Shown piece after piece: positions 13,075 through 26,600 of a stretch of 64,000 nucleotides of DNA. This DNA is from Leucoraja erinacea (Eukaryota). The stretch lies in contig NC_073399.1 in NCBI RefSeq assembly GCF_028641065.1, positions 19,096,001-19,160,000 on the forward strand, given 5' to 3'. Made by a program: the position numbers and the translations under genes. Under the pieces are notes generated by a model, which saw only the letters and a program-made list of their open reading frames with translations, was not told the DNA's origin and did not search any database. Position 1 is the first letter of the stretch. Each line of letters starts with the position of its first letter.

Positions 13075-13590
13075 TGTAGGAAGGAACTGCAGATGCTGTT
13101 TAAACCGAAGATAGACACAAAAAGCTGGAGTAACTCAGTGGGACAGGCAGCATCCCTGGAGGGAAGGAATGGGTGACGTTCCGGGTCAAGACCCTTTTTC
13201 AGACTAGTTAGGGAAAAGGGAAACAAGAGATATAGACGATGATGTAGAGAGATAAAGAAAAAATGAATGAAAGTTATGGAAAAATGTGCAGTTCTCGACA
13301 CCTTCTCCTATCTATCTTTGGACCATGATCCCACAGATGAGCACCAGGCCATAATCTCACAGACCATTTCTGATTTTATCACTTCTGGCTGTCTGCCTTC
13401 CACAGCCTCCAACCTTTCCCAGTTTCCCAGCCCCGTACAGCCTGGTTTTACCTTCTCCCCAAAATCCAGAAACACAACTGCCCTGGCAGATCCATTGTTT
13501 CTGCCTGCTCCTGTCCCACGGAAATGATTTCCATGGACCTCGGCTGCATCCTATCCCCCATGGTCCACCTATCTCTCCGACCGACCTGCA
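13075..13590 (+). mobile_element. Penelope-like element fragment (pseudo-LTR plus RT remnant)
   Basis: Repeat head AAGGAACTGCAGATGCTG...CTGGAGTAACTCAG, followed by a frameshifted PLE RT segment LDHDPTDEHQAIISQTISDFITSG...FYLLPKI...PGR(P)IVSACSCPTE. Confidence 0.75.
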
Positions 13591-16500
13591 GAAATTTCCC
13601 ATGCGTTCCCCATTGAAATCATCTCCTCATATCTTGAAGAATTTCTTCAGCATGTCTTAATCGGTTCATGAATCTTAAAAGTTGAATTTGGACTGAGGGT
13701 AACGAGAGTCGACCATTCAGCCTGCCATTTGGTTGCATAAGAATGAGCCAACGCAGATCCACTCTGAAACAAGTTCTATAATTGTCTGTAATTTTCTGCT
13801 CTGCATAAGGTATTTCTCTATAGTTGTTCCTTCCAATGGGCGACTGTAAATGCTTTAATTGCCCCCCGTGTGTAGGATAGTGCATGGACTTGGTGGGCCA
13901 AAGGGCCTGTTTCCACTCAGTATCTCTAAAGTCTAAAGTCCAAATTCTATCGTTTTATTTACCTATTGGCATCAAGAGATCAGCAGTTAATATAGTTTAG
14001 TTTATTGTCATGTGAGTCGAGGTACGGTGAAAAGCATTTTGTTGTGTGCTGTCCAGTCAACCAAAAGACTACACATGATTACAATCGAGCCGTCACCAGT
14101 GTACAGATCCAGTATAAAGGGAATAACGTTTAGTGCAAGACAAAGTCCAGTAAAGCCCGATTAAAGATAGTCCGAGGATCTGCAATGAGGTAGATGGTAG
14201 CTCAGGACCACACTCTAGTTGTCATCAGGCAACTGAACCATTCTATCAATATTATACTTAATTCTCACACACCTGGTTAGTGCTCAATCAATACATCAAG
14301 AGATGTAAATTCCAGAGTAGCTACCCAACCGAGGCGTAGGCCTATCTGTTTTCCTCTCACCCAAGGCATTAGACTGCATAGTAGCAGAGAGATCTTGTTG
14401 CCTGGGTTCTGAATCTAGAGCCAAAGTCCAACAAGCACATCCCCAAGGATGGCCAGACTTTCCCCGACCACCCAATATCTCTTCCCCAAACAAAAGCCAG
14501 CGACTCAATACTCAGCCAGAACAGCACGACGCAGGATTGCCGGTGTACAGTAACTTACTCTGATGAGGCTCTGTCGGATAGATGCAAGAAAAGAAACGGC
14601 TCTTCTCAGAATCAACGGCAGTGAATAAGGCAGTCAACCTATGCCGACCACAGCTTCTTCAATGTGGGGTCACATCTGCTGATGAGAAAAGTATAATTCA
14701 TTTTAGTAAGCGGCCAACAGACCCACTGCCGATTAGAAGTGAAGGCAGCTCGTCGAATTCTCTGGCTTGTGACATACTTTCCAGTATCAGCGGAAACCAC
14801 AAACCTATCTTTGTTGAAACATTCAGCTACATAGGAAATGTCGACTGCACACTTGTTGCTAAGCACATGTCACACATGGGGAGGGGGGGAGGAAGGGTTG
14901 CAAACTGTACCTTCCTGCTATTAATCAATCGACTGGAGAAACTTCTATTGCCTAATTTCCTTACTTGTTGAAACTGCCCTGCCAATCATCCCCAATCCTG
15001 ACTCTTTATCTTCAAGATCAAAGGCAAGATTATCATTCTGGCAGAGCAGGTATTGTTGATAGAAAGCTATTTGACCATTGTAGGCATTAATATGTCTTAA
15101 CTTAGTGTCTCCCAGACAGCCCTCAATAATTATTAGCAGAAGGAAGTGAGCTCATTTTATCTCTCCAGCTTTACCAAGCACCATTGAGACGGGATAATTC
15201 CTTGCGTTCATCCAGCTAAAGCTAAATATCTGTGAGCATGTCAACAAGCTGTCTATATAAACCAAAACCATTCAACTAAGTGGTGTTGTGTGCAAGAAAC
15301 AGCTTGAGAAAACAATGGCTGCCTTTGGATCCGCTGAAAGATTAAGTGGAGAATTATCCCAGGACATTGACGAAGGGATGTGGAGAATTTCTGTCAGTTG
15401 CGGTTCAAGTAAGATTTGGAAGACCAATCAATGGTCTTGAGAGACAGGTATCAGCTTATTCACCAAATACAGCATAAAAACTAGGCAAGTACTTTGCATG
15501 GGCAATAACTCTATTAGGATTGAAGGAGTTAAATTGGATGGAGCTGGGAATGAGACTGTGATGTGTGATTTATCTGCATCTATTTGACCCAAGGCAGGAT
15601 ATGCAGTAAGTCTGTGCTCCTAATTTGTTATTGTAATTGCAACTTCCAGCCTGTGACAGCATCACTTCTACTGTCTTATCACATATGAACAGAATCCAAA
15701 GATTGGCATCATTTGAAATTAGTTTATGTTGACTGAAACCAAGATCCAAAGATGAGTGGTCTGGAACAGTCATCCAGGGTTTGGGGCCGTGGTGGAGTTC
15801 ACGAGGAAACATGAGTCAGACCGATCGTTTGATTTTGACTTAGGGTGCTTTGGTTGACTTTAGTTATGAGAGGAAAAAACTGAAAAGGCTGTTTGTTTTC
15901 TCTGAAGGGAAGGAGGCAGAGAGGGTGATCTGATACATAAAAATGCAAGAGGCTTAGGAAGAGTAGATAGCATGTTTTACCCATGGCAAGGCTATCAAAG
16001 ACAAATGGCCCTACAATTAAGGTGGAGGAACGTTTAAAGGGAAACTGTTGGGCGTTTCTTTTCACACATTATGGTTAATAACTGAAACTCACTGCCACAG
16101 GAGGTGGTAGTTTCAGATTCAATCACTATAGTTAGGAGACATTGAGACGGATGCCTACTTAGAGAACAGATGAAGAATATGGACCTCATGGCCGGCAAAT
16201 TAGATTACTGCAGACGGGCAAAAAGGTCAGCACTAGAGCCATTTCTCTGCTGTATAAACCCTTGACTCCATGTCTCTGAGAAGATTGCCATAGTTCTACC
16301 AGCCAAGGCAATCAATATTATCCACTCCTGTTGGGAACAGTGTTGACTTCTTCATGCCCCTTGAATAACTCAACCCTGCATTGTTCAAGATTTTTTTGGT
16401 GCTTTTGGGATTTTTAAATCTCATTAATGTCTTCCTATTTGGATAATTATGTGAATGCATTCCAGATATTTTTTATGAGGATGCAGTCATGGCATGGATA

Positions 16501-17439
16501 CATTACCAGGTTAGTGTAATATTCAGGGGGAATTTCAATTCAGCTAATGAAATAATCTCTGAATGTAAGAAATGGCAGAATGTTTAAAACTCAGAAGTTA
16601 GGCGATGATGCTTATGTCGTAAGAATGATCAGGTCTATCCCGCTGAATTTATTCAAAGCATTCTCAACTTGCTGTTTTCCGCATTTCCTGTACTCTCTCA
16701 GTCCGTTCTTCCTTCTCTGCTCTCAGGTCTTGCTAATAGTTTTCTCACAATTGTGGCATCAGGGATGACGCCGGGTTCACACCGACACTCGCAGTAGGCG
16801 ACACATATAATTGTATTTACAGTGGCAAGTGCAGAACCACACGAGGGCGCTGTCCCTTGTCATCAGTGCACAAGTGTAATGGTGCTGGCGATCTCAGAGT
16901 TGTTCCGGCGGCTCATAGCCTCATAGACACGGGCTTCTTCATTGAGGCTCGCTCTTGTCTACACGGTGGTCTTGGGTTTGTCCCAGTGGCTTAATCTTCC
17001 ACGAACCTGCGACAGGGGAACACAGCTGGAGTAGAGGCGCCCCACTTTGTTCACCTTCCATCCACTCCCTTCTCTCTTCCAGCTAGAATGCCTGGGCTTT
17101 AGACTAACAAGGTTCAGTTGGCCAAACTATATCACCTACTAATTGGACCTTGCTATTACCAATGAGCTCTATTGGCCTGTCAGCAGTGATAGGGATCAGA
17201 GCAGCATGCAAGGGAGGGAGCACTGTCACACCATCTACTCTGTCACACAGCACAGAAACAGGACATTTTACCCAAATCCAGGTTGACCATCACATATCTG
17301 TTTACATAATCCCATTTTATTCTCCCTTCCTTTCCATCTACTCTCCCCAGAGTTTACCATTCACCTTCACAGTTATAGTTATGCAGCAGAGATACAGGCC
17401 CTTCAAGCCACCATGTCCACGCCAACCATCAAATATCTT

Positions 17440-18810
17440 AAGAGTCAAGAAAGTTTTATTGTCATGTGTCCCAGATAGGACAATGAAATTCGTACTTGCT
17501 GCAGCACAATACATGTAAACATAATACAGAACGGGAGATAAAAGTTTAGTGTGTCTATAGACCATATATATACACAATAAATAACAGATAAAATGCAATA
17601 GTAATAATAGACTGTTATTGTTCAGAGTTTATTTGATGTTGTGTTTAGTAGCCTGATGGCCGTGGGGAAGCTGTTCCTGAACCTGGATGTTACAGATTTC
17701 AGGCTCCTGTACCTTCTTCCCAGTGACAATGGAGAGATGAATGTGTGACCAGGATGGTGTGGGTCTTTGATGATGTCGGCAGCCTGTTTGAGGCAGCGAC
17801 TGCGATAGATCCCATCGATGGTGGGAAGGTCAGAGCCGGTGATGGACTGGGCAGTGGTCACAACTTTCTGCATTCTTTTCCGCTTCTGGACGTTCAAGTT
17901 GCCGAACCAGGCCACGATGCAAACAGTCAGTATGCTCTCTACTGTGCACCTGTAGAAGTTCAAGAGAGTCCTCCTTGACATACTGACTCTCCGTAATCTT
18001 CCCAGGAAGTAGAGGCACTGATGTGCCTTCTTGATAATTGCATCATCATGCTGGGACCAGGAAAAACCTTTGGAAATATGCACGCCCAGGAATTTGAAGT
18101 TTTTGACCCTTTCCACCATATAAACGGTATAAACACATTATTGATATAAACGGGATTGTGGGTCCCTATCCTACCCCTTCCAAAGTCCACAATCAGTTCC
18201 TTGGTTTTCCTGGTGTTGAGAGCCAGGTTATTGTGCTGGCACCGTTTGGTCAATCGGTCAATCTCACTTCTATACTCTGACTCATCACCATCTGTGATTC
18301 ATCCCACAACAGTGGTGTCGTCGGTGAGATTGATGATGGAGTTTGCACCTTGTCCAGCTACACAGTCATGAGTATAGAGTGAGTACAGCAGGGGGCTGAG
18401 CACGCAGCCTTGAGTTGCTCCCGTGCTGATTGTTATCGAGGATGACATATTTCCACCAATACGGACAGACTGTGGTCTGTGGATGAGGAAGTTGAGGACC
18501 CAATTGCAGAGGGATGCACAAAGACCCAGATCCGTGAGCTTGGTAACCAGCTTGGAGGGGATGATTGTATTAAACACCGAGCTGTAGTCTATGAACAACA
18601 GCCTGACATACGAGTTTTTGTTGTCCAAGTGGTCCAGAGCGGAGTGGAGAGCCAGTGAGATCGCATCCACAGCTGACCTGTTATGGCGGTAAGCGAACTG
18701 CAGTGGGTCGAGGTTGGAGTTGATATGCTCCATAATGAACCTCTCAAAGCACTTCATCACCACAGACGTTAGTGTCATTGGTCGATAGTCATTGAGGCAC
18801 GTCACCTTAC
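17440..18810 (-). mobile_element. Rex1/Babar-type LINE, 5' truncated
   Basis: [73 protein letters not shown] and HPGH. The 3' tail is AATAAAAC...CTTGACTCTT. Confidence 0.92.
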
Positions 18811-21800
18811 TATCTATATAATATCTATATTGGTCCCATTTCACAGATTTGGTTCATAGGTTTCTATGCCTTTGCAATTTAAGTATTAATCTACTCAAAT
18901 AAAGGTATTATGAGAGTATTGTCCTTTACCTCGTCCAAGTTACATTTATTGTCACATGGAGATTTGAGATACCATACAGCCATATAAATAAAAATAACTC
19001 AATACACGATAGAATTTAACATGAACATCCACCACAGTGGAATCACCATTTCCCACTGTGAGGGAAGGCAATAAAGTTCAGTCATCTTCCTCTTTGTTCA
19101 TTTGTGGTCGGGACCTTTGAACCCTCCAGTCGCTGCTGTGCACGGCCCGATGTACAGGCCCTCTCGCCGGGATGATTGAAACTCCGACGTCGAAATGGAT
19201 CAGAACACACTGTGACATTGTGTTCCAAATTCCAGCCACCCCCTGTGAAAATATTCTTCCTCATATCTCCTCTAAACCACTTCCACATTATCCTAAACCT
19301 ATGCCTTCTAGCTTTAGATGCTAGTCTATGCTACATGGGGAAATATTCCACTATCAACCCTTTCTATCTATCCCCTTATCATTTTGTACACATCTATCAA
19401 ATCCCCCCCCCCCCCCAACCCCCCAAGGTCTCACTGCTCCAAAGAAAACAAACTCAGCCTATCCAGTATCATAACTGAAGTGTTCCAGCCCACTCAATAT
19501 CCTGGTGAATCTCCTCTGCAGATTCTCCAATTAAATCACTTGGGATGAGGGAGTACACTGGATCACTCAGGGCAAATGCATAGGGTTAAAGGGAGAACGT
19601 GCAGACTCCATGCAGTCCCAGAGGTCAGAATTGAACCAGCTCACTGTAAGGAAGCAGCTCTACTGGTTGCTTCACTGTGCTGCTATTGCTGCTTTGTTCT
19701 CTCCCTGCCTTATCTCTGGCCTGCTCTGGCTCCGTTTTTTGCCTCTAAACCAACTCCCAAATCAGACATTCTCCAAGCTCTGTCATGGAAGGAGTTTAAC
19801 GGGTCGGGTGAGTGGAGAGGAAGCGTGAAAGAAAAGATTCAGAGATGTAATCAAAGAGATGCAGCATTGCCACCAGCTCCAGAGAATGTCTGATCCATTA
19901 TAGATTCAAGTAGAGAACCTCAAGGCCATATATCAATAACAGATCAAAGTCGTGTGTAATCAGCAAAATAAGCACACCACCACAGAAATGAGCTGCCCCC
20001 AAGGTTAGGGAGTTATTTCCCCGTGGAAAAATCTGCGTGTGATTCGCATATTCACCTCAATTGCCAGCTCGGAACCCACTTAATTCACTTGGGATTCACT
20101 AGATAGGAGCCAAGTCTTCTTCCATCCTGAGAGGATTTCTGAAAATAATGACTGCTCTTCTCTCTCAGCCTTTATGTTCTCCCTTCTCTCCAGTTTATCA
20201 GGGCTGCTATGCTTCCCACTACTGTGATTCTTTAATCATCCAAGCTGATTTCTTGCCTGGTTAGGTTTGAATAAGTCCAGAGGAAGATTATATCTTGCAT
20301 GCAACCTGTCCTGCCATCCAGTAATCCGAGACAGATGAGTCAAGTAAGAAGCAAATAAGAATGTCATTGTTCCATTGACGGTACATATGACAAATAAACA
20401 TTCTTAACCCTTTTCAATCTTAATGTAATCAAATCAGCAAATGACCATCAACAAATCAACAAAACCTCTTCCTAGTCTTGGGGGAAATAAGCAAATTAAT
20501 GTTACTCCTGAAATATATGGTTAGAAATGAGTAATGTTACATTTGACAAAGTCCTAGTAAACATCTATTTCCACTACTTCATCAGAAGGGATGACGTAAG
20601 TGATAGGAGCAGAATTAGGCCATTTCACCCATCAAGTGTACTCCGCCATTCAATCATGGCTGATCTATCTCTCCCTCCTAATCCCATTCTCCTACCATCA
20701 CCTCATAACCTCTGACACCCGTACTAATCAAGAATCTATCTATCTCTACCTTAAAAATATCAATTTGACTTGGCCTCCAGTCTTATGTGTCAAAGAATTT
20801 CACAGATTCACAACTGACTAAAGAAATTCCTCATCTCCTTTCTAAAGGAACATCCTCCTTTAATTCTGAGGCTATGATGTCTAGTCCTCGACTCTCCCAC
20901 TAGTGGAAACATACTCTCCATATCCACTCTATCCAAGCCTTTCTTTCCGTGGTCACGCAGTAACAATACTTACAAGGGTATAACCAGGATGAATTATCTT
21001 TCATTCATGCTAGAGCTTCAATTAGGACTCAGCTGTGCATCCATTTGTCACGCTGATGGTGATGCAGTACCATATGCCTTGGGGAACCTCTCCCCTGGGA
21101 GTGGTGACAGAAGATAGATTCAACAAGGCCCATTTACAGTCAGTAGGTAGCTCATCAACTCAAATACCCACTTTATTAGTTTATTGTAACCTGCAATTTC
21201 ACATTTTCAGCAGTTACATCAGTACAATACTCTCCCATCTCCTGCCAGGCCAGTGAGATGGTCTCACCAAGGCTGGGGTAAGTTGTGTGTGGGCCATGGA
21301 ATTACACATCGCCCACTCGACCATTGTTGAATTATTTTTGTCCCTTATCCTGCTGTTTAAATTAGCTGAGCAAATAAATAAAATAAATGAGCAAACAAAT
21401 AAATAAATACATTGTGAGGGGCAATGGGGAGGTAGTGAACATAAACTCAACGAGCAAGGTGGAATGGAGTAATTGACAATGAGCCTAACTGACAGACACA
21501 GGGTCAACCAAAAATTGGGCCCAAGCTCCAGTACTATTGGCAATGCAGGCTTGTCAAGAGAGAAATTGCACGGATGCTTGTCTTTCTGGTGGCTACAATA
21601 ACCCATCAACAACTGTGGAAACTTTAACATCCCTCTCCCAGCTTCAATGGCTGCTTTTTAAAAACGTGCAAAAATGATTCTACTTTTCATCAACAGCCCT
21701 TGAATAATATTGCCATCCCTGCTCATGTTGGCCCGATTTCTGTCCAGGCAGCTAGTGTAGGCAACAGGTTCTAATGACGTGGGACAACCACATTAATGAA

Positions 21801-23693
21801 AGGTCATTGTCCAGAACTTGTTTCTCCTTCCACAGATGTTGCCCAACTTAGTAACTGCATTCTCTGCAGAGCAGATGGGTGTAGCCCCGTGATTCATTGC
21901 TTTGAATGCACCCCGATGTGGAGTCTGCTCAGCCCATTGAAAGCACTCTCCATTTTGTTCCAGTTTTCTTGCCTTTTCCAATGCTTCCTTCACATTTATA
22001 TCTAATTCTCTTTTAAAAATGTATTTAGTCTTCTTCTCCATTTGTTCAGGTTGCTTGTTCCCTCCTCCTCTTGGTTCTTTGGCTAAAGCGTATGGTGACG
22101 AACCATTCTGGCACAGCAGTGTCGTCCCACTGACCTTATCTAAACACCTCCACTAAATCTCCACCTCTTGATCCTGAAGAGTATTCCCAAATTCTCCAGT
22201 CTCTCCATCTAACTGGTGCTTATCCAAGGTCCCATTCTGGAAAATCTCCTCTTCCAGCCCACATAATTATTGGAAAAATGGCCCAAAGACTACATACAGA
22301 AGAACATCCTTTTGTTTTTCATTCAAAGGTCTGATACACAGCTCTTTTGCCTGCCAGCCCAGTTATAGTAGGTCTATACATCTGTAACACTAATCAATGA
22401 AAATGTGTGTGTGAAGATTCTTGCAGAGCCCAGAGATATAGTCTCAGCAAACCTTGCAGATCTGGCACTGTTGCTCCACAATGGGACTGCCCATCCCACA
22501 CCACTGAGATGCGACAATGCTTGGAACATGCCCTCAAATGGTGCTCTGCCCTCACGTTCAAAGATGCATAAAACTAAGCTATCATCTGCACTAACAGCAT
22601 GATGTCACACATCCCCTTGGTTAGAGCATCGGGTCATACAGCATGGAAACAGGCCCTTTGGCCCAACATGCCCATGCTGACCAACATGCCCCATCTACAC
22701 TAGTCCCACCTGGCTGCCTGGCATATATCCCTCCAGACCTAACCTATGCATGCACCTATCTAAATGTTTCTTACCACCTCCAGCAGGTCGTTCCAGGCAT
22801 CCACCACTCTTTGTGTAAATAAATTTCCCCTCAGGTTCCTATTAAAAATTTCCATCCTCACCTTAAACCCATGTCCTCTGGTTCTCAATTCTTCTACTCT
22901 GGGCTAAAGTCTGCATGTTTACCCGATCTATTGCTCTCATGATTTTGTACTCCTCCAAGATCACCCCTCAACCTCCTGCACTCCAAGGTACAGTGTCCTA
23001 GTCTGCTTAACCACTCCCTATTGTCAGGCCCTCATGTCCTGGCAACATCCTCAAGGGATGTTATAGTGATTTGACAACATTGATCTACAATCATTAAAAC
23101 AATTTGTGTCTTGTTTTTTTGGGGGTACTTGCCTTGCATAAACTGGTTGTGGCTTTTCCTCGATTATTACAACGCTGAATTGGCCATTTATCACTTTGGG
23201 ATATTCTGTGCATGGTCAAACAGAAATACAAGCTCTTCCTGCATTGTGGCCAATTACTCAAGGGTAGGATGGCAGCAGGTAGAATGGAGGCATTCGTAAG
23301 AACGGAGCAACTGCTTTTTGAAGGCTCTAAGCAACTCTGAAATTTGGCTCTCTAAATAATTGGCCTATGGTCATGTGTTAGCTGATTTGCAAAATTTTTG
23401 CTTTAACATAGTTCCTGGTGCAGAGATTTGCATAGCCTGGGGAAAATGCGGGCATTACAAACCTTGCTACCAAAAGTGAAATTCAGTGATGGGAACTGTA
23501 AACTCAGTTTATCTTTTGGTTATTTTTCACACTTCTTTACCTACGATCCCAGCAGTAGCTATGTGCGGCTTCAGTGGTTTCACTCTGGCTGCCCAAGGTA
23601 CACATGGGATGGACGGGATGGGACAGTGGAGAGCGAGGCCATGTATACTAGTTTGCAGAGTCCATCAGAGGTATTGCAATGAAGTGACAATGT

Positions 23694-26600
23694 TCAGATA
23701 AACTGTGCTGGTTTCCCCAAATATTTCAGATGAGGAGGTGGAGAGGGAATCTGAAAGCTGCAATCAAAATCATGCAGAGTGCATAAATAAGTTTTTTTAA
23801 TTTGCTCTATCGGGGGAGCTATCAGAATGAATGATTCACAAAATAATTAAAATTAACACAAGTAAACCCTTACTTATATAGCGAGTATTTTGGGCGTTGG
23901 AATGCACTAACATAGGGAGACAGGTCCTTCTGTTGTGTTCAGAAGGGAGCTGGCATGAAATATAAAGTATTCACGGAGTTGTAGTGACAAACAATTGCTA
24001 GATTGCTCTTAGATAGAGTCCGCACAGATGTGATAGGTTGAATCGCCGCCTTCCTGTGATCTCCAGTTGAATGGTTATTGTTATGGGTTGAGAGCAGTGT
24101 GGAAGGGGCATGTTGTGGGTCGATGCATTGCAGTTACCAGTTCATCACCCTGCTGTCACTGGCTCTTGGCATATGCCGAGTATGGAGGGGGCTGCTCCTG
24201 TGTGAGAGGAAAGAGAAGGAAAGTGAGCATCATCACGACATAGGTAGAAGCAGCTCGAGAACAAGGGCTCGAGATGAATTGCAGCAGACACAAACAAAAC
24301 TTTTAACTCTGTCACTTCTCTCCACCCTACCTGGTGGAAATTGACCAGTGTTAAAGTACAGTTAACATGAGACCAATTACCTGCCCCACCGGGTCTGCAC
24401 AAGGGAGTGCTCGTGAACCTTCAAAATCTTCACATAATGAAAGGCTGCTTCCTCTCAGGAATAAGGAGTAATTGTCAAGATAATGGGTTGAACACTCGGT
24501 CCAAGAACCTCCCCCCCTTCTTTTCCCCGCACACCCCAACCCAACCCGTGTTCATCCATCTCTCCCACCAACCCAGTCACCCTGCTCCTGTAATCACCCC
24601 CATACACTCCTCTCCACTAGTCCCATATTTCTTTCTATCCCATCTTTTTCTTGCCCTTTACCCTTCCACCATATTCCTCCTCCAAGGACTGTTTCTGGCT
24701 GCACAATAAACTTCAATAGTGATCCAAACCCTTACTTTTGTTTGCACTGGTATTATGATTATTAATTTATTGATTTTTTTCCATCATTATATGTCATTGT
24801 GATTGATTTTGCATTTACAGGCCTGTTAAGCTACTGCAAGTCAGACTTTCATAGTTCTATTTTGACAATTAAACACACTTGACTCTTGACTTAACTTAAA
24901 TTCATCCCACTGCTTCAAGACTGATTGACCTTCAAGTAATTATTTCCCATGCATTTTTTGCCAAACTATTTCCCAGTCTAATTAAATTAGCCTTATCCCA
25001 CACCCCCTCCCTCACATTTAGAAAATTAGCACCCAAAATTCTGGAGGTTGAAGAAAAAAAAATAACAATTACCAAACAAAACATTTGGCAGATCACTCCA
25101 GCATGTGCAGTTAGTTCACCACAATTAACAGAAATATATTAATCCAAATAGTTCTAGGAAACATGGATTCATGCAATTTCCTACATTTATATTTACTATT
25201 AACATTTGAGTAGATTTTGCTAGTTGCCCATCTCCTCTATAAACTTTGAACACTATTATGACTGCGTCATAGATAATCTAAAACAGTGGCTCCCAAGTTG
25301 TGGTCTGCAGACCCCTGGTGGTCAGGGAAAATAATTATGAATAAAATAAATAGGAGACTTGTTTGGCCCATCAAGTCTATACTTGTTTGTTCCTAGAACA
25401 GTGTCATAAATCTACATTCCTGCTCTGTAACATGTTCTCTCTCACCTCAATCAACTCCCCCCCGATTCTCCTGTCACCCACCTGCACAAGGGGTAATTTA
25501 CTATGGCCAGCTAACATACCGACTAACAAGGATCTGGGATGTGGGAGGAAACCGGAGGAACTGGAGAACGCACCAACTCTTACAGACAGCAGCAGTCAGA
25601 TTGAACCTGCGTCAGAGCTACGAGGCAACAGCACTAACTGCTGTGTTAATGCCATCTGATTACTTCGGACTCATGGGGGTTCCATCAGGAAAACACAGCA
25701 TGCTTCTGACTGGGACTCTGGTGGCTGCCGAGGAGATCTCTAGCAAATGTATTAAATGCAGCATGCAACAGAAGAAGTCACACAAAGGCTGCAAGAGGCA
25801 GATAGAGTGAGAGGCTGAGGGAGGGGTAGCCCAGGCTGGGGGTGAAGCATGAGGACCCCTTTTTGGACAAATCTAGGCAGGAGAATCCACCACCTAGGAA
25901 TTACGAATTATGTCTATATTGGGTCTGCACCCAATGTTTAGGCCTCTGTTACCCAGGTAACAACTGCCATCTTGACTAAACGTATACGATTCTAAGGGGG
26001 ATTTTGATAGGTTGGATACTGAGAGGATGTTTTCCCTAATAGCATCATTTCGAACCAAGGGGTGCATTGCTTGATGTTAAAACCGAGTGCCTGAAATGGG
26101 AAGTGTTGACATTCCAGCAAGGTTACTGGAAAGTGATAAGCCTTAAATTAAAAATGTTTGCCATCAGAAAGAGCCACACTGCCCACTTCCCTGTCCCTTC
26201 TTACCATGGGCACATGCGTAATGGGAGGGTTTGGCAGCCTCCTGTTTACACCTCTATCCCCTTCTGCAAAATTCACTGGTGCTAAAAAAACAAAACAAGG
26301 AGTTACATACTGTTGAACAGAAATTTGCAGTAACAGCCAGTATTATTGCCTTCCTTCACAGTGGGAAACCTTGATTCCGCTGTGTGGGGATGTTCATGTT
26401 AAATTCTATCGTGTATTGTGTTCTTTTTATTCGTTTGGTAACTCAAATCTCACTGCACCAATTGGTGCATGTGACAAAATGTAACTTGAACTTGACTTGA
26501 ACTAATGGCTTCCTCACCCCCCCATCCCAAAATTCTTCTACATAGAGACTGATGGTGGTGTTATTGCTAGCTCAGTACAGAACGAGAATCAAATCTCATG

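Noticed and set aside
16843-16890. REST/RE1 half-sites (CAGCACC ... GGACAGCGCC) on the minus strand
   Set aside because: The spacing is far from canonical RE1.
25660-25875. Alternative open terminal exon for WBP2
   Set aside because: The frame is open and an acceptor is present, but there is no resemblance in length or sequence to the WBP2 last exon. 23750-23694 fits better, though this alternative is not excluded.
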